A stretch of 50,585 nt of DNA, taken from Nemertoderma westbladi. Lineage: Eukaryota; Animalia; Xenacoelomorpha. Made by a program: the position numbers and the translations under genes. This document shows, piece by piece, positions 1-12,772 of the stretch. The notes under the pieces were generated by a model, which saw nothing but the letters and a program-made list of their open reading frames with translations, searched no databases and was not told the origin of the DNA. Location: the NCBI GenBank assembly GCA_032718475.1, contig JAUCBJ010003106.1:1-50585 (forward strand). The letters run 5' to 3'. The first letter of the stretch is position 1. Each line of letters opens with the position of its first letter.

Positions 1-838
1 AGAAACTTGTTGCTGGACCCCTCACACACAGAAACTTGTTGCTGGACCCCCATCACACACAGAAACTTGTTGCTGGACCCCCACACACACAGAAACTTGT
101 TGCTGGACCCCCTCACACACAGAAACTTGTTGCCGGACCCCCTCACACACAGAAACTTGATGCTGGACCCCCTCACACACAGAAACTTGTTGCTGGACCC
201 CCTCACACACAGAAACTTGTTGCTGGACCCCCTCACACACAGAAACTTGTTGCTGGACCCCCTCACACACACAGAAACTTGTTGCTGGACCCCCCCCCCC
301 CCCCTCACACACAGGAACTTGTTGCTGGACCCCCTCACACACAGAAACTTGTTGCTGGACCCCCTCACACACAGAAACTTGTGTGCTGGGCCCCCTCACA
401 CACAGAAACTTGTTGCTGGACCCCCTCACACACAGAAACTTGTTGCTGGACCCCCTCACACACAGGAACTTGTTGCTGGACCCCCTCACACACATAGAAT
501 CTTGTTGCTGGTCCCCCTCACACACAGAAACTACTGATTGCTGGACCCCCTCACACAAAGAAACTTGTTGCTGGACCCCCTCACACACAGAAACTTGTTG
601 CTGGACCCCCTCACACACAGAAACTTGTTGCTGGACCCCCTCACACACACAAACTTGTTGCTGGACCCCCTCACACACAGAAACGTGTTGCTGGACCCCC
701 TCACACACAGAAACTTGTTGATGGACCCCCTCACACACGCAAACTTGTTACTGGACCCCCTCACACACAGTAACGTGTTGATGGACCCCCTCACACACGT
801 AAACTTGTTGCTGGACCCCTCACACACAGAAACTTGTT
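1..838 (+). repeat. 30-bp minisatellite array (AGAAACTTGTTGCTGGACCCCCTCACACAC)n, continuing off the window start
   Basis: Tandem 30-bp units are directly visible. The ORFs called here are translations of the repeat. Confidence 0.97.
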
Positions 839-852
839 GAGACTCTAACTTG

Positions 853-1306
853 TTTCTGTGTGTGAGGGGGTCCATCAACAAGTTTCTGTGTGTGAGGGGG
901 TCCATCAACAAGTTTCTGTGTGTGAGGGGGTCCATCAACAAGTTTCTGTGTGTGAGGGGGTCCATCAACAAGTTTCTGTGTGTGAAGGGGTCCATCAACA
1001 AGTTTCTGTGTGTAAGGGGGTCCATCAACAAGTTTCTGTGTGTGAGGGGGTCCAGCAACAAGTTTATGTGTGTGAGGGGGTCCATCAACAAGTTTCTGTG
1101 TGTGAGGGGGTCCATCATCAAGTTTCTGTGTGTGAGGGGGTCCAGCAACAAGTTTCTGTGTGTGAGGGGGTCCATCAACAAATTTCTGTGTGTGAGGGGG
1201 TCCAGCATCAAGTTTCTGTGTGTGAGGGGGTCCAGCAACAAGTTTCTGTGTGTGAGGGGGTCCATCAACAAGTTTCTGTGTGTAAGGGGGTCCAGCAACA
1301 AGTTTC
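853..1306 (-). repeat. Same 30-bp minisatellite in inverted orientation
   Basis: Units read GTTTCTGTGTGTGAGGGGGTCCA(T/G)CAACAA, the reverse complement of the left array. The junction is at about 839-852. Confidence 0.97.
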
Positions 1307-1461
1307 AAAAACAAGTTGCTCCGTGTAAGGGGAGCCTTATTCTTTAGCTACAAGCGTTTAAAAAGGGTGTCTCCGTCGATATTGCACCATTTATACCGCA
1401 GTTATTCTTCAATCTTATAGTGATTATTGGTTGTCACTATTAGAGAGCTGTACATGATTGG

Positions 1462-1839
1462 CTGCCTGGGATACAAAATATGTAAATGTAACACAGTCTC
1501 AATTTCGTTGAAATAGCTGAGATATGAGCGTTCAAAAGTTGCATGACTGCATCTGGGCGATGGTATCTTATTATATTTAATAAATACAACATATTGCTGG
1601 AACATTTGTTTATACACTCCCTCTACAGGAGTTGCTGGATAACAATGCAATACCTCTTTAATCATACTATTAAATAGCTATTCATTCCTAAACAAAATGT
1701 TCCAGCAATATGCTTTATTTATGTAATGGAATAAAATAGCCTCGCCCAGATGCAAAGTCATGCAACTTTTGAACGCTGATATCTCAGCTATTTTACGACG
1801 AAATTCTGATTGTGTTACATATTTGGAATCCTTGCACAG
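1462..1839. mobile_element. Degenerate palindromic MITE
   Basis: Arms are reverse complements: AATAGCTGAGATATGAGCGTTCAAAAGTTGCATGACT vs AGTCATGCAACTTTTGAACGCTGATATCTCAGCTATT, and CATATTGCTGGAACATTTG vs AAAATGTTCCAGCAATATG. Confidence 0.75.
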
Positions 1840-1942
1840 CATTATTACAGATTAGTTGCTATACAGGCCATATTACATTGAAACACGTTATTGGTGCAAT
1901 CTCTTACCCAGTTAGACTGTTTTGACTCTATTGAGTCTAAAC

Positions 1943-2328
1943 TAGTGTTTAAACGGGATCAGACTTTTCGAGACATCCGGGATCGGGATCGGGACCGGGA
2001 TTACCACTCTCGGGATCCGGATTGTAATTTTGTAATAGATTTCCTTAAATTCCTTAGTATGTGGCGGGTTTTGGGTAACACTCACTTTAACTTACACTTC
2101 TGAATTATTAGTAAGATAAAGTTATATTAAAATTATTTTGCAATTGATTACTGGATGGTTTACTGACAATATTAGTTATATAATCAATAACATTTCCGTT
2201 CTGCTGCAACTATTTATCAGATATTCAAGACATTTTCTTCACTATTTATACTTCGGGATCCCGTTCCAAAAAAAGTCTCGGGATCGGGACCGGGATTGCA
2301 TTTTTCGCCGGGACCCCGTTATACACTT
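1943..2328. mobile_element. MITE with subterminal (CGGGAT)n hexamers, copy 1 (hAT-like ends)
   Basis: Ends are TAGTGTTTAAACGGGATC ... GACCCCGTTATACACT. It is similar along its length to 3687-4095. Confidence 0.75.
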
Positions 2329-2699
2329 GTAATAATGTCTAAACTAGTATGGGTAATCTATTACCCAGTTAGACTGTTAGACTATCTGCCCCTAAGGTCG
2401 CATGCAAGAACACCCTTCACAGAGTGGCCTTGGCCCGATCAGGATGCCGGCCATGAGTATATAAGGAACACAGGGTGTCGTACGACCGGAAAATCCTTAA
2501 AAAAACAGGGAAAAACTTAAATCTGGAATAACCGGGAAAAGTAACATATAACCGGGAAATTTTTTCCAAATTTGAAACAAATTTAAAATTTTCCGGTAAT
2601 AACTGATTTTTTTATATGGAGGGGGGTTGTGCCGAAGTGTTACTACTTTATTTTACTCCTTACTGCCTTATGATATTAGTATGTATGTATATTAAGTAC

Positions 2700-2797
2700 A
2701 TTTCTTGTGTCGGTGACTTTGTGTCGGTGCCTTTGTGTCGGTGTTTCTTGTGTCGGTGCATTTGTGTCGGTGTTTCTTGTGTCGGTGACTTTGTGTA
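2700..2797 (+). repeat. Short tandem repeat of about 14 bp (TTTGTGTCGGTG core)
   Basis: About 6-7 visible units. Confidence 0.85.
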
Positions 2798-3444
2798 CGT
2801 TTGTGCAGCTATATGTATAACTTACTATTTGTTTGCTTTATTGGATTAACTTATATTTATGAAATACTCATTTTATATTATGGCCAAATGAGCTGTAATT
2901 AAGTAGCCCTAATGGCTAAGCACCTGGTGTAATTATTCACCTTCACCTTCATTGATCATTAATCATTCATTGAATAATTCATTCAATCAGAATAATAATG
3001 AATTATTATTGTTGATTATTATTGAATTATTATTGAAAAATATATTAATTTCGGAAATTGCGTTCATTATAAAACATCTACCAAATAATGAAATTGACAA
3101 AACACAAAATCACAATCTTTTTTGAGTACAAGTAGGCCTATTATTACTATTTTACTGCAATTAATATGAGGATGTCTCTGTAATTATTTATTATATAATT
3201 AAACTTTATTTATAAATTAAAAAAATAGGAAATTTTCGGAAAAATGTCTTGGAAATTTTCTTACATTTCCTGACTCACCATATCAATCATCCAATGAAAA
3301 TCCTCCAAAAATGTTGTTTTTGATATAAATGCTTGTTTTTGTTAAATTGGCAAAAATTTTAAATTTTTATCAATTTTACAAACTTTAAGCGGCAGGGCAT
3401 ACAAATTCAAATATAGCAAATCCCGAAAATTCCCGATATTTTTC

Positions 3445-3508
3445 CATCGGGATCGGGATTTCCCATAGGGATCCCGATTTTCGGGATCGGGATCCTGTTG
3501 CAACACTA
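3445..3508. mobile_element. Isolated right terminus of the CGGGAT MITE family
   Basis: CGGGATCGGGAT repeats ending GATCCTGTTGCAACACTA. Confidence 0.55.
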
Positions 3509-3686
3509 ATTAATTAATATTTACATGAAAATACAGTATCATGTCGCATTTCCAATACCATACAGATACCGTATACATCCACACACCACACAGTATACAC
3601 AGGCCCATTAATTAAGTTGTAGTTTGTAGTTCTATCCATTGCGTTGTTTATTTGGTTTATATTCGAATACTTAACAAGGTGCATTG

Positions 3687-4095
3687 CAGTGTTTAAACGG
3701 GATCAGACTTTTCGAGATTTCCGGGATCGGGACCGGGATTATCGCTCTTGGGATCCCGTTTTTTGGGATCGGGATTGTCATTTTGTATTAAATTTCCTTA
3801 ACGTTATTAGTGTATGTGGCGGGTTTTGGGTAACACTCACTTTATCTTACACTTCTGAAATATTAGTATAAGTATGAAATAGCATGAAATATTACGATAA
3901 ACTGTAGGATTACTGGATTACTGAAATAAAAATTCGATATAATCAAAACATTTCCGTTCTGCTGGAACTATTTTTTAGATATTCAATTAATTCATTTAAT
4001 TATTTAAACTTCGGGATCCGATCCAAAAAGGTCGGAATAGGGATTGGATATTTCGCTGGTTCCCGGTTTTTCGGGATCGGGATCCCGTTTATAAG
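3687..4095. mobile_element. MITE with (CGGGAT)n hexamers, copy 2
   Basis: Ends are CAGTGTTTAAACGGGATCAGACTTTTCGAGA ... CGGGATCCCGTTTATAA. It is a diverged copy of 1943-2328. Confidence 0.75.
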
Positions 4096-4733
4096 CCTTA
4101 TGAAGCCAGAAGTCTTCACAATGTTTTCATTATCATTTAACTAAAAAAATCTGATTTTATTGATTTTTTTAAAGTCAAATTGTCATGCACCACGCCATAA
4201 ATGTCTTTCCAAAAAGGCAAATCACAAAATTTGACTGTTTTGAAAGAACATCGATTCAGCCTTTCAGAGACACTGTATATATTTCATCTATAACAAAATC
4301 ATATGAAACCTCTTGGAAAATTCAAAAATTTCGTCCTGAGTCATTTGTTATTTTTCAGGAGTAGTGGATGAGTGGGAGTGCTAGCGTTGCCGATCCAAAT
4401 TTACAAAATATTCGATCGATTTTCTAAAATTTTCCATCGATTATCGATGATGATGATGATTTATCGATAAAATATAAAATAATTTTCAATTATTTATTGG
4501 ATCTATACCGGTATGTGTAAAGTGGCACTTTAGAGTGTGCTGTTAGGAGAGGCTTGTTACATTACGTTAAATAACGCTTTCAGTTTCTGTCATTAAATGG
4601 TTTCAGTGAGTACAAATGCAGATATGAGTTATCTTAGGATTATTTATAAATCTCATTCTCATCCATCCATCAACTACCAATTCTATTATAACTACAACAA
4701 TAATGAAGCAATTGAAGTGAACGCTTGAAGAAC

Positions 4734-5097
4734 CATTAATATTAATTGATAATTATATTATTTAATTACTTGTCAAGCTAGTTAAGTAAAAAAACCTTAC
4801 CGGAAGGTATTCAATCACCAAAGTAAGTAAAAAATTAAAAGGCCCTGGACCTAGACGGTTGCATGCAATCAGTGATCAGCTGATGGTAGTCAGCTGACCG
4901 GTAGCTATCGCCTCACAAAGGAAGGCATTCTCAGGAGACCAAGCCAAGAGATGATCACTGATTGGATGCAACCGTATAGGTATAGGTCCAGTTGCTTTTT
5001 AGTATTTCACATACTGTGGTCCTTGCATACCTAACGGTAAGGTTTTTTACTTAACTTGCTTCACAATAAATTAAATAATTATCAATTAATATTAATG
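4734..5097. mobile_element. Palindromic (foldback) MITE
   Basis: Outer arms CATTAATATTAATTGATAAT ... ATTATCAATTAATATTAATG. Inner arms GGTTGCATGCAATCAGTGATCA / TGATCACTGATTGGATGCAACC. Confidence 0.8.
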
Positions 5098-7383
5098 AAG
5101 CAGCAGAAAGCATCTGGAACAATTGGTTTCCAAGTGCGCGGAATGCTATCCGCTTGATGAAAATAAAGGAAGTTGTCATAAAAAAAACGTACAGCTATAT
5201 TGAAACACTAATATAGTAATATAATGAACTGACATACTGATGGGCTGGTTGACGTTGACAGAAAAGTCAATGTTACCTTCCTGGCAGCTGATAGACAAAA
5301 GTTAAGCCGAAACTCATATATGAGTTTGAACCAAGTCAGTATATATTGAAGGAAAAGTTCCCACCAAGTACAACTTACTCTCATTAAACTCATACCGGTA
5401 TATAGACCAGCTTGAAAGGGATATTGTTAAGACGAACGGCCGCCCAAAGTAGACTCCACGGGGAAATTAGTTTTTTAGCCTGATGTTTATACTATTTATT
5501 TAATGCATTATTTTTAACGTGATTTGCTTTGTGTCCTATCTGTTTGGTGTACTATTTTTAGCTTGCAATTTATCCTATGAAATCTATGCGGTGTATTATT
5601 TCGGCTTATAATTTATTTATGTCTTTAATTATTTATTTAGTGTATTATTTTTTGGCGTACAATCTATAATGTTGATCTATTTGCTGGGTGATTATTTTCG
5701 GCTTAGGGCTTGTTCTGTATTGATTTTGTTGGTGTGCGTACTTGTATATTGGCTGTGACGACATCTATTGGGTTATGATTTTTATTGGTGGGCCGCGAGT
5801 TGATCATTGGGTTTATTTTTAGCTCGTTTATTATTGGTATGTACCTTTATACCTCGCCTGGGGCGGGCTCGGGTATTGCTTGGGGTGGGCGTACTTAGCT
5901 GCTATATTGGATATGTAAACACGATTGGCTTCTGTAAAGTTGTAGGATAATATGTGGCCATTATTGCTTTTGTAAGTTTTGATTGGAGGATTCCTTTCGG
6001 GAGAGGGGGGGGGGGGGGGGGGGGGGGGTGTATTCAAGGCTTGGCTTTGTGACATTATTGCTTTGAATGTTGTAGCTAATAATAGCCTATGTTAGGATGG
6101 TTGAAGTTTGTGTTACTCTATTGTTGCAAGGGTCAAACTGATTATAGCTCGTTTGCTTGTCTGCCCGTTGAGGTAACGTGCAGTTTGTTCGGTAATCTGT
6201 TAACACCTTTTATATTGGTTGAGTTTTGGTATATAAACTATAGTTATGGGATTCATTCGTTAGTAGCCTACGAACCCCAGCCAACTGTCATGCCATTTTA
6301 ACTAAATGTTTTTATTTTGGTCCCGGCCGGACCGGTAATTTTATTATTATTATTAATGCAATTTTGCGGCTAAATTTTACTGTCTGATTGAAATTAAATA
6401 AAAATTAAACCTCTACACTGAACGTATTTAACTATTTTTCTTTATGTTTTCGTCATGGTGAAAACGAATCACGGGCTCGCCGATCTCTAGATCTAGGAAG
6501 GTAACCACCCGGGCAACCCCCCCCTACCCCTCTCGTATAGGCATACTCTTTAAAAAAGGGCAAGCATATACCAGGCTACCGCACTCCCCACACACTCCAC
6601 GAACCTTATAGGGAATCGAAGGCAACCACACGCTGGCCTGGTAGATAGTCTGCACACACCCCCTTTTTTACAGATATGGAGAATCAGGAAATCTCATTGG
6701 AGAATCTTATTTCCTCTGGCCGAGCTCGCCCGACCTACTGTAGTAACATTGAATAATAACTGCGGTGTAACTGGTGCAATATCGACGGAGAGTAATTTTT
6801 CAAACACTTGTAGCGTTGTTTAGCTTGTTTAACGATTTTTGGAAAAAAATTTCAAATTTATTTTTTTAATCGATTATGATGTGAAATTTAACGGAGATTT
6901 CAAATCTGGAAACGGCTTAGCTTAGCAGTCTATCTTTTCTACAATTTTTGCAATTTCTGAATTTTTTACTATTCTACAATCTACAATTTTTGTCCAAATT
7001 ACATTAATTTTACTTACCGGTATTTTACTTATATTTTTATATTACTTTTTACTATATTGATAATTAATTATTATTACTGAATATCTAGATTGTGATTGTG
7101 CACAAAAGTATCAGACAACTGTTTAAAATAATTAGTTATTCTATTTAATACTAATTTATAACTATCTTAACAATAGCACATATTTGCAGGTTGCAGCGCC
7201 CCCTAGTTCCTCAGATATGTTCCTCACCTTTGCTCTATCATATAAAACAAACATTCATGTTACCAAAATTAAAACTGTAGAAGCCTTAGCAATCCCAATT
7301 AAAGCCCTAACCAAACACTTTTGACGAGATGGGAGTGAAAAAACACAAGTAGTCCGAAAATAAAAACTTTTATGAAAACTTAC

Positions 7384-7551
7384 CAGGAGCAACTGTAGTT
7401 GTTGGTGGAGCAGTGGTTGTTGGGGGAGCAGTGGTCGTTCTTGGGACAACCGTGGTCGTTTTTGGGGCAACTGTGGTCGTTTTTGGGGCAACAGTGGTCG
7501 TTTTTGGGTCAACAGTGGTCGTTGTGTCATCACAATTGACGATGAATTCAC
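7384..7551 (-). CDS. Exon 2, Thr/Pro-rich mucin-like stalk
   Basis: Acceptor TTTTTTTATATTTTAG, donor G|GTAAGT, 168 nt, phase 1-1 and in frame with exon 1. Translation: GEFIVNCDDTTTTVDPKTTTVAPKTTTVAPKTTTVVPRTTTAPPTTTAPPTTTVAP. Confidence 0.7.
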
Positions 7552-8218
7552 CTAAAATATAAAAAAATAAATCGTCGGAAATTTACACAAAAAAGGTTTC
7601 AGTATCCAATGATAGAAGACGAGTTAAAATAATAGGCCCTATTTATTTGTAAAATTAAATAGGCCAATAGGCCATATTCGTTTTTAATTCAGACTGAATT
7701 ATTCTTTAAGGTTTATTAATACGTAATACTGTGAGAAATATGAGTCTGACAGTCTGAGGATACAGAATGCTGGAATGTATGCTATGCTGATGTACCGACC
7801 ATAGCTGAGCGATATTGCTGGCTATTGCTATTGCTGTATTGCATAGCTGTGAGATATTAAAAAGCGATCTTCCTTAGTAGCCCAGTCTGGTCGTACACCG
7901 ATCTGTATAGATATATACATAGGCTTAAAGTACAGCAGTATGTATGTCATTATGTACCGTAATGCTGCAGGTAATGGCTGTAGCTGTCAGGCTGTATGCA
8001 GGCATGGCTGCATGGTAATTATACCAGTCCGCAGTTACTAGTACAGTCTTACAGTACTGCCAACTGCAATAGTTGGTAGTAGTACGCTATACAACATACA
8101 ATACCGGCTGACCGGTACGGTACTACAGCTGTACCCTGTACAGTAGCCTACTACGCTACGTAACGCTGTAACGTACAGTCATACCATACAGCCATAGCTG
8201 CATAGGCCCTACACTCAC

Positions 8219-8288
8219 CAGAGAAGGCTACCAACATCAAAATAACCACCCGAAGCCGAATAGATTTCTTGCATATTACAACACCCAT
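8219..8288 (-). CDS. Exon 1 (signal-peptide-like) of a putative secreted or membrane mucin-like protein
   Basis: ATG start, MGVVICKKSIRLRVVILMLVAFS, then a phase-1 donor G|GTGAGT. Length 70 nt. Confidence 0.6.
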
Positions 8289-10246
8289 ATTTAGATATTT
8301 CCAATATATTTATTATATTATGATTTATGATTATAAACAAGCAACAAATACAGTACCAACAAATGCAGTAGGAATTACGGAATATTGTTACTGGCTGACC
8401 GGTATTATTAATCAGTTAATTAAGGATTTTAATTATTGAATCGCCGTAAGCGAATAATACAGTAATAGGTAGGCTGGTAGGCCTCGTAAATTAATTTATA
8501 AAACTGTACAGCTGTATAATGTTAGGTGTTAGTGCAGTAGTGTTACCATACTGCCATACCATACACGCATACGCAAACAGTACTGCAGTAGGCCCCTATC
8601 TCAGTATCTGCCTATGCTATAGGGCCCTACCTAATACTTTAATATGTTATATGCATTCCAGCATTCTGGCATTGCTGCATTGCATGCATAGGCCTATTGC
8701 ACACAGACCTCTACAGCTCTAGACTGGCAGACCCAGAGACCAAGCACCAAACTGTCAAGTACCGGTACCGCCTGCACGCAGTACCGTCTGAAATCTGAAT
8801 GTCCGACCGTACCAGCGTACCACTGCCAAGATTCTGGCAGACTGGATACCACGGATACAGACCAGACTGCCAGACAGGCAGATCAGCACGAGCACAGCAC
8901 AGCAGATACCGCAGTACCGGTAGGCATCAGATACTGCCTGACTGCACAGCTAATACTGCTTGCATAGGCCTACTGTGCTGGTAATCAGTATATCAGTATA
9001 TAGCAGTGTACAGGCAGACAGGTGTATAGCCCAGCCCTACCAGCATGCCTGCAGTCTGGTAGTAGAAGAGCGGCAATCGGCAGATCGGTGCCGTTTCTGG
9101 TTTCTGCGTTATCCTGTTATTGATAGTAACAATGTGTTAGCAAGCTGTATTATCCCTTCCTATAATTATCCTGTTATCACTGTTTCAAGTCTTCAAGTCT
9201 GTAGGCCTATAGCACAAGCACAGTACCTGTAGTAGCAGTACTGCAGTATAGACTGATAGACATTAGACAATACTGCATAACTGCAATACCACAATACTGC
9301 AAGAGGCTGATCTACTGATAGGCCTTAGTCTGGCTGGAGTTGCAAATTTCCTGCAAGATGGAGCCATGCTGCCATGGACAGTTGGAGGCCTATTATTCCA
9401 GTATTCTGATATTGGCAGGACAGCAGGAAGGTGGGCGTGGGGTATACAGGCTGACAGGTATACAGTATAATTACAGTACTTTGGCATGTTTGGGAACCGT
9501 TTTACTGTTTTATGAAACACAAGTTCATATATAGGCCTACAATAGGCAATAGGCCTACCCCTTATTTTATGAAACACTTTACAAATTTTTTTCATAAACA
9601 TGCAATAAAAATCTTCTCCAGCACCCCAGGCAGCCAGGGGAAAACCGATGAGGGCGATGACAATCAGTCTATTGATTTTCGTATTTTATTTTGGTTAGAA
9701 TAACGTGCCATTGCAGCATTGTAACATGCTCCTTTCAGCCTTTCCCTAAATTCAGAAATTGGTATTTGGTAATTTAACGTTGAGACGAAATATTAAATAG
9801 AATAAATGACTGAATGGCCTGTAGCGCTGCAGGGAAGCAATTACATGCAAACATTCGAATGTCCATAATTCCAGAACTCAGCTATTATTCACTATTTCCC
9901 GTCCAAATTCAAATATTTTTATTCCAAAATTGTTATTTAGCACTTTTCAACTTTTGAGGACATTACAGCGAGGAGGAGGATTTGAGGAGTATTGGCCTCA
10001 TGGCATGGCCTGTGCATTTAGTATTGTATTGGTGTTAATCAGTTAAGCATATAATGTCCCATATGCAGATATGCCAGTATGCATATGTGGACATGACAAC
10101 ACGCTGTCATTATCGGAACGGACGATGTCCGATCGGAACATCACACTGTAAAGTGCTACTTTACACAAGTATGTAAATAATTATTACATATTTAGAATCC
10201 TTACACGGTAAAACACTTAACGTGTTTTTATACGCTCACACCAATA

Positions 10247-10555
10247 GGTCCCACTTTGGTGTAGTGGATGCATTGAATTCACATCTCTTGTAGGTCGTGG
10301 GTTCGATCCTACAGTCCTAGCATGGGACAGAGCAGTCAGTATTCGTTTCGGTACGAATGCTTTGAAGGGACCATCCAGGGCGCATCTGCCTTGCATCCTT
10401 ACAGCCTTAAGTGGTAGCTAAATGAGTACAGGAGTACTGCAGTTTCCTCTGGGGAGTAGTTCTGCAGGGGGACCGCACTGGAAATATTTCGTCGGACTTT
10501 GTGCTAAATCCCTGGCCTAATGGCCGAAGAAAATTTACTTTTACTTTTACTTTAC
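10247..10555 (+). mobile_element. tRNA-derived SINE
   Basis: Pol III A box TGGTGTAGTGG (10257) and B box GGGTTCGATCC (10299). Central GCCTTGCATCCTT...AAATGAGTAC motif resembles conserved invertebrate SINE cores. (TTTTAC)n tail. Confidence 0.7.
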
Positions 10556-10571
10556 GCTCTAGTAGCTAAAT

Positions 10572-11108
10572 ATGAGGCGCCGTTAACGCCAAAAGGTCAG
10601 CAATAATATTAAAGGTTTTAAAAAGAATATTAGAGAATTTCAAAACATATTTTCGGCCGAAATATTTTGTTACATTTTTTCAGCTCTTTCATTTGATGTC
10701 ATTTTCGGCCGAAATTTCGACCGAATTTTCGGCCGAAATATATTATTACATTTTTTCAGCTCTTCAATTTGATGTCATTTTCGGCCGAAATTTCGGCCGA
10801 AATCTCGACCGAAATATTTTATTACATTTTCAGCTCTTCCATTTGATGACATTTTCGGCCGAAATTTCGGTCGAGATTTCGGCCGAAAATGACATCAAAT
10901 GAAAGAGCTGAAGAAAATGTAACAAAATATTTCGGCCGAAATTTCGGTCGAAATTTCGGCCGAAAATGACATCAAATGAAAGAGGTGAAAAAATGTAATA
11001 AAATATTTCGGCCGAAATTTCGGCCGAAAATATGTTTTGAAATTCAATAATATTCTTTTTAAAACCTTTAATATTATTGCTGACCTTTTGGCGTTAACGG
11101 CGCCTCAT
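10572..11108. mobile_element. Young foldback element with internal (TTTCGGCCGAAA) repeats
   Basis: Near-perfect long TIRs ATGAGGCGCCGTTAACGCCAAAAGG ... CCTTTTGGCGTTAACGGCGCCTCAT. 8-bp TSD AGCTAAAT at 10564-10571 and 11109-11116. Confidence 0.92.
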
Positions 11109-12489
11109 AGCTAAATGCTGAAAGCGAAAATAAAATCCTGACACACCAGGAAAGGAGGAGGGAGGTGGAACTATCTGTTTCTAATTTCATGTAGGCCTAT
11201 TCTGATCAAGATTTGTTGTTCAGGACATGGTGTACGTCTGTACGTACATAGATAAATTAACGCAGCTGTCCAGGACATGGTGTACATAGATAAATTAATG
11301 CAAAGGCTCTGACACCACCTACCGGTTTCGACTGGTAAAAGGGTCGATAGAACAGAAGGCGAAACCGAGTTTTTACTATGGCCTGTAAAAAAAATATTTG
11401 TTTCGGTTTGGTTTAACTTCGGTTTCTTCACGGAATCTTGACGTCGTCTTTAACGGCATCATCGGGGACACCATTGGTGATGTTTGATTAGGGTCACAGG
11501 GTTGTTTTAGTAGGCCTATCGCAAAATATTACATCATACCAGACGAACTGAAATTATTTAAGGTTTACCTCTGTATAGAATAGTACAATAGTATCGATAT
11601 CGAGCTATAAAGTGTAATTATTAAGGATAAAACACTTAATACATGTATAATAATAATAAGTACTAATTCTCCACATAGGGATATAAAATTTCAATAAAGT
11701 TTCGAACTGAAAAGTAAAACTGGTATTCTTTATACTGTACAATGGACGCAGCGCGCAGGTACTTTAATTTATACTGTAAGTCATTATATGCTTACTGCTG
11801 TAGACTACTGTATGCTTACAGTATCAGTATATTTATATACTGTAGGCCTATATGTGAACGTGGAGTACACCAATATGTAAAATATGATAGAGACAATAAT
11901 GATTCAGTACATAGTACGCAAGAATATCGGAATAATATAAAAGTAATAAATAATTTAGATATTGGCATTTGCCCTTTAGATCACCCTCAGTATACCGGTT
12001 ATACAAAATCACCAACATGTAATGCTAATGTATGGTACACCTTAATGGTAGTTATCTCGTTCTGTGATTGGATAACACCCAGAACAAACCCAATAATTAT
12101 ATTGTTGGATTTTAAGCAAACAAAAGATTGCCGTAATTAGTCATATGTTATATAAATAGAAAGTGGCCTAGCTAGCACACCTTGCATTGCAGTCTTGATA
12201 CTGATGAATATTACTGCATTCAACGGTACCGGTACTTGATTGGCCTGTAGTTTTGGCGCACATACACAAAACACAATTTCTGGTACTGCATAGCCAAAAC
12301 ATTATTTTATTATCAATACATTAGATTGCATTAATAATATGTATTAATTAATTAAGCTTTTACTCATAAATGAAACATAATGAATGCAGTCATGGGATAC
12401 AGCACACACCATATAAATCGTCCCACAAGACTTGGGGGCGCATACAGGAGGACTGATTGTTACTACTCTATAATAATGGCCGAAACGTA

Positions 12490-12772
12490 CGGTGGCTGAA
12501 AGCGGCCAAAATAATTCACTACTTTTTTTATTTTTAATTTGATCAGCATTTTTTTCTTGAATTTCTAACCCGGGTTGAAATTAATATCAACCCGGATTGA
12601 AACCCGGGTTGAAATTAGTATCAACCCGGGTTGAAAATAATATCAACCAGGGTTGAAAAATCAACCCGGGTTGATATTATTTTCAACCCGGTTTGAAATT
12701 CAAGAATAAAATATTGATCAAAATAAAAATTATAAAAAAGTAGTGAATTATTTTCGCCGCTTTCAGCCACCG
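12490..12772. mobile_element. Tc1/mariner-type MITE with internal CAACCCGGGTTGAAA repeats
   Basis: TA|CGGTGGCTGAAAGCGG ... CCGCTTTCAGCCACCG|TA, long TIRs, TA TSD. Confidence 0.88.

Noticed and set aside
1-1347. Many overlapping ORFs and a CRISPR-like periodicity
   Set aside because: These are translations of a 30-bp tandem repeat with no unique spacers, in a eukaryotic context with no cas genes.
6005-6028. Long poly-G/C tracts here and at about 14830, 20425, 45640, 46152 and 47908
   Set aside because: Common slippage-prone homopolymers of uncertain length, with no specific function supportable.
7255-7551. 98-aa QKRP-repeat ORF
   Set aside because: Wrong frame. The splice signals support the Thr/Pro frame.
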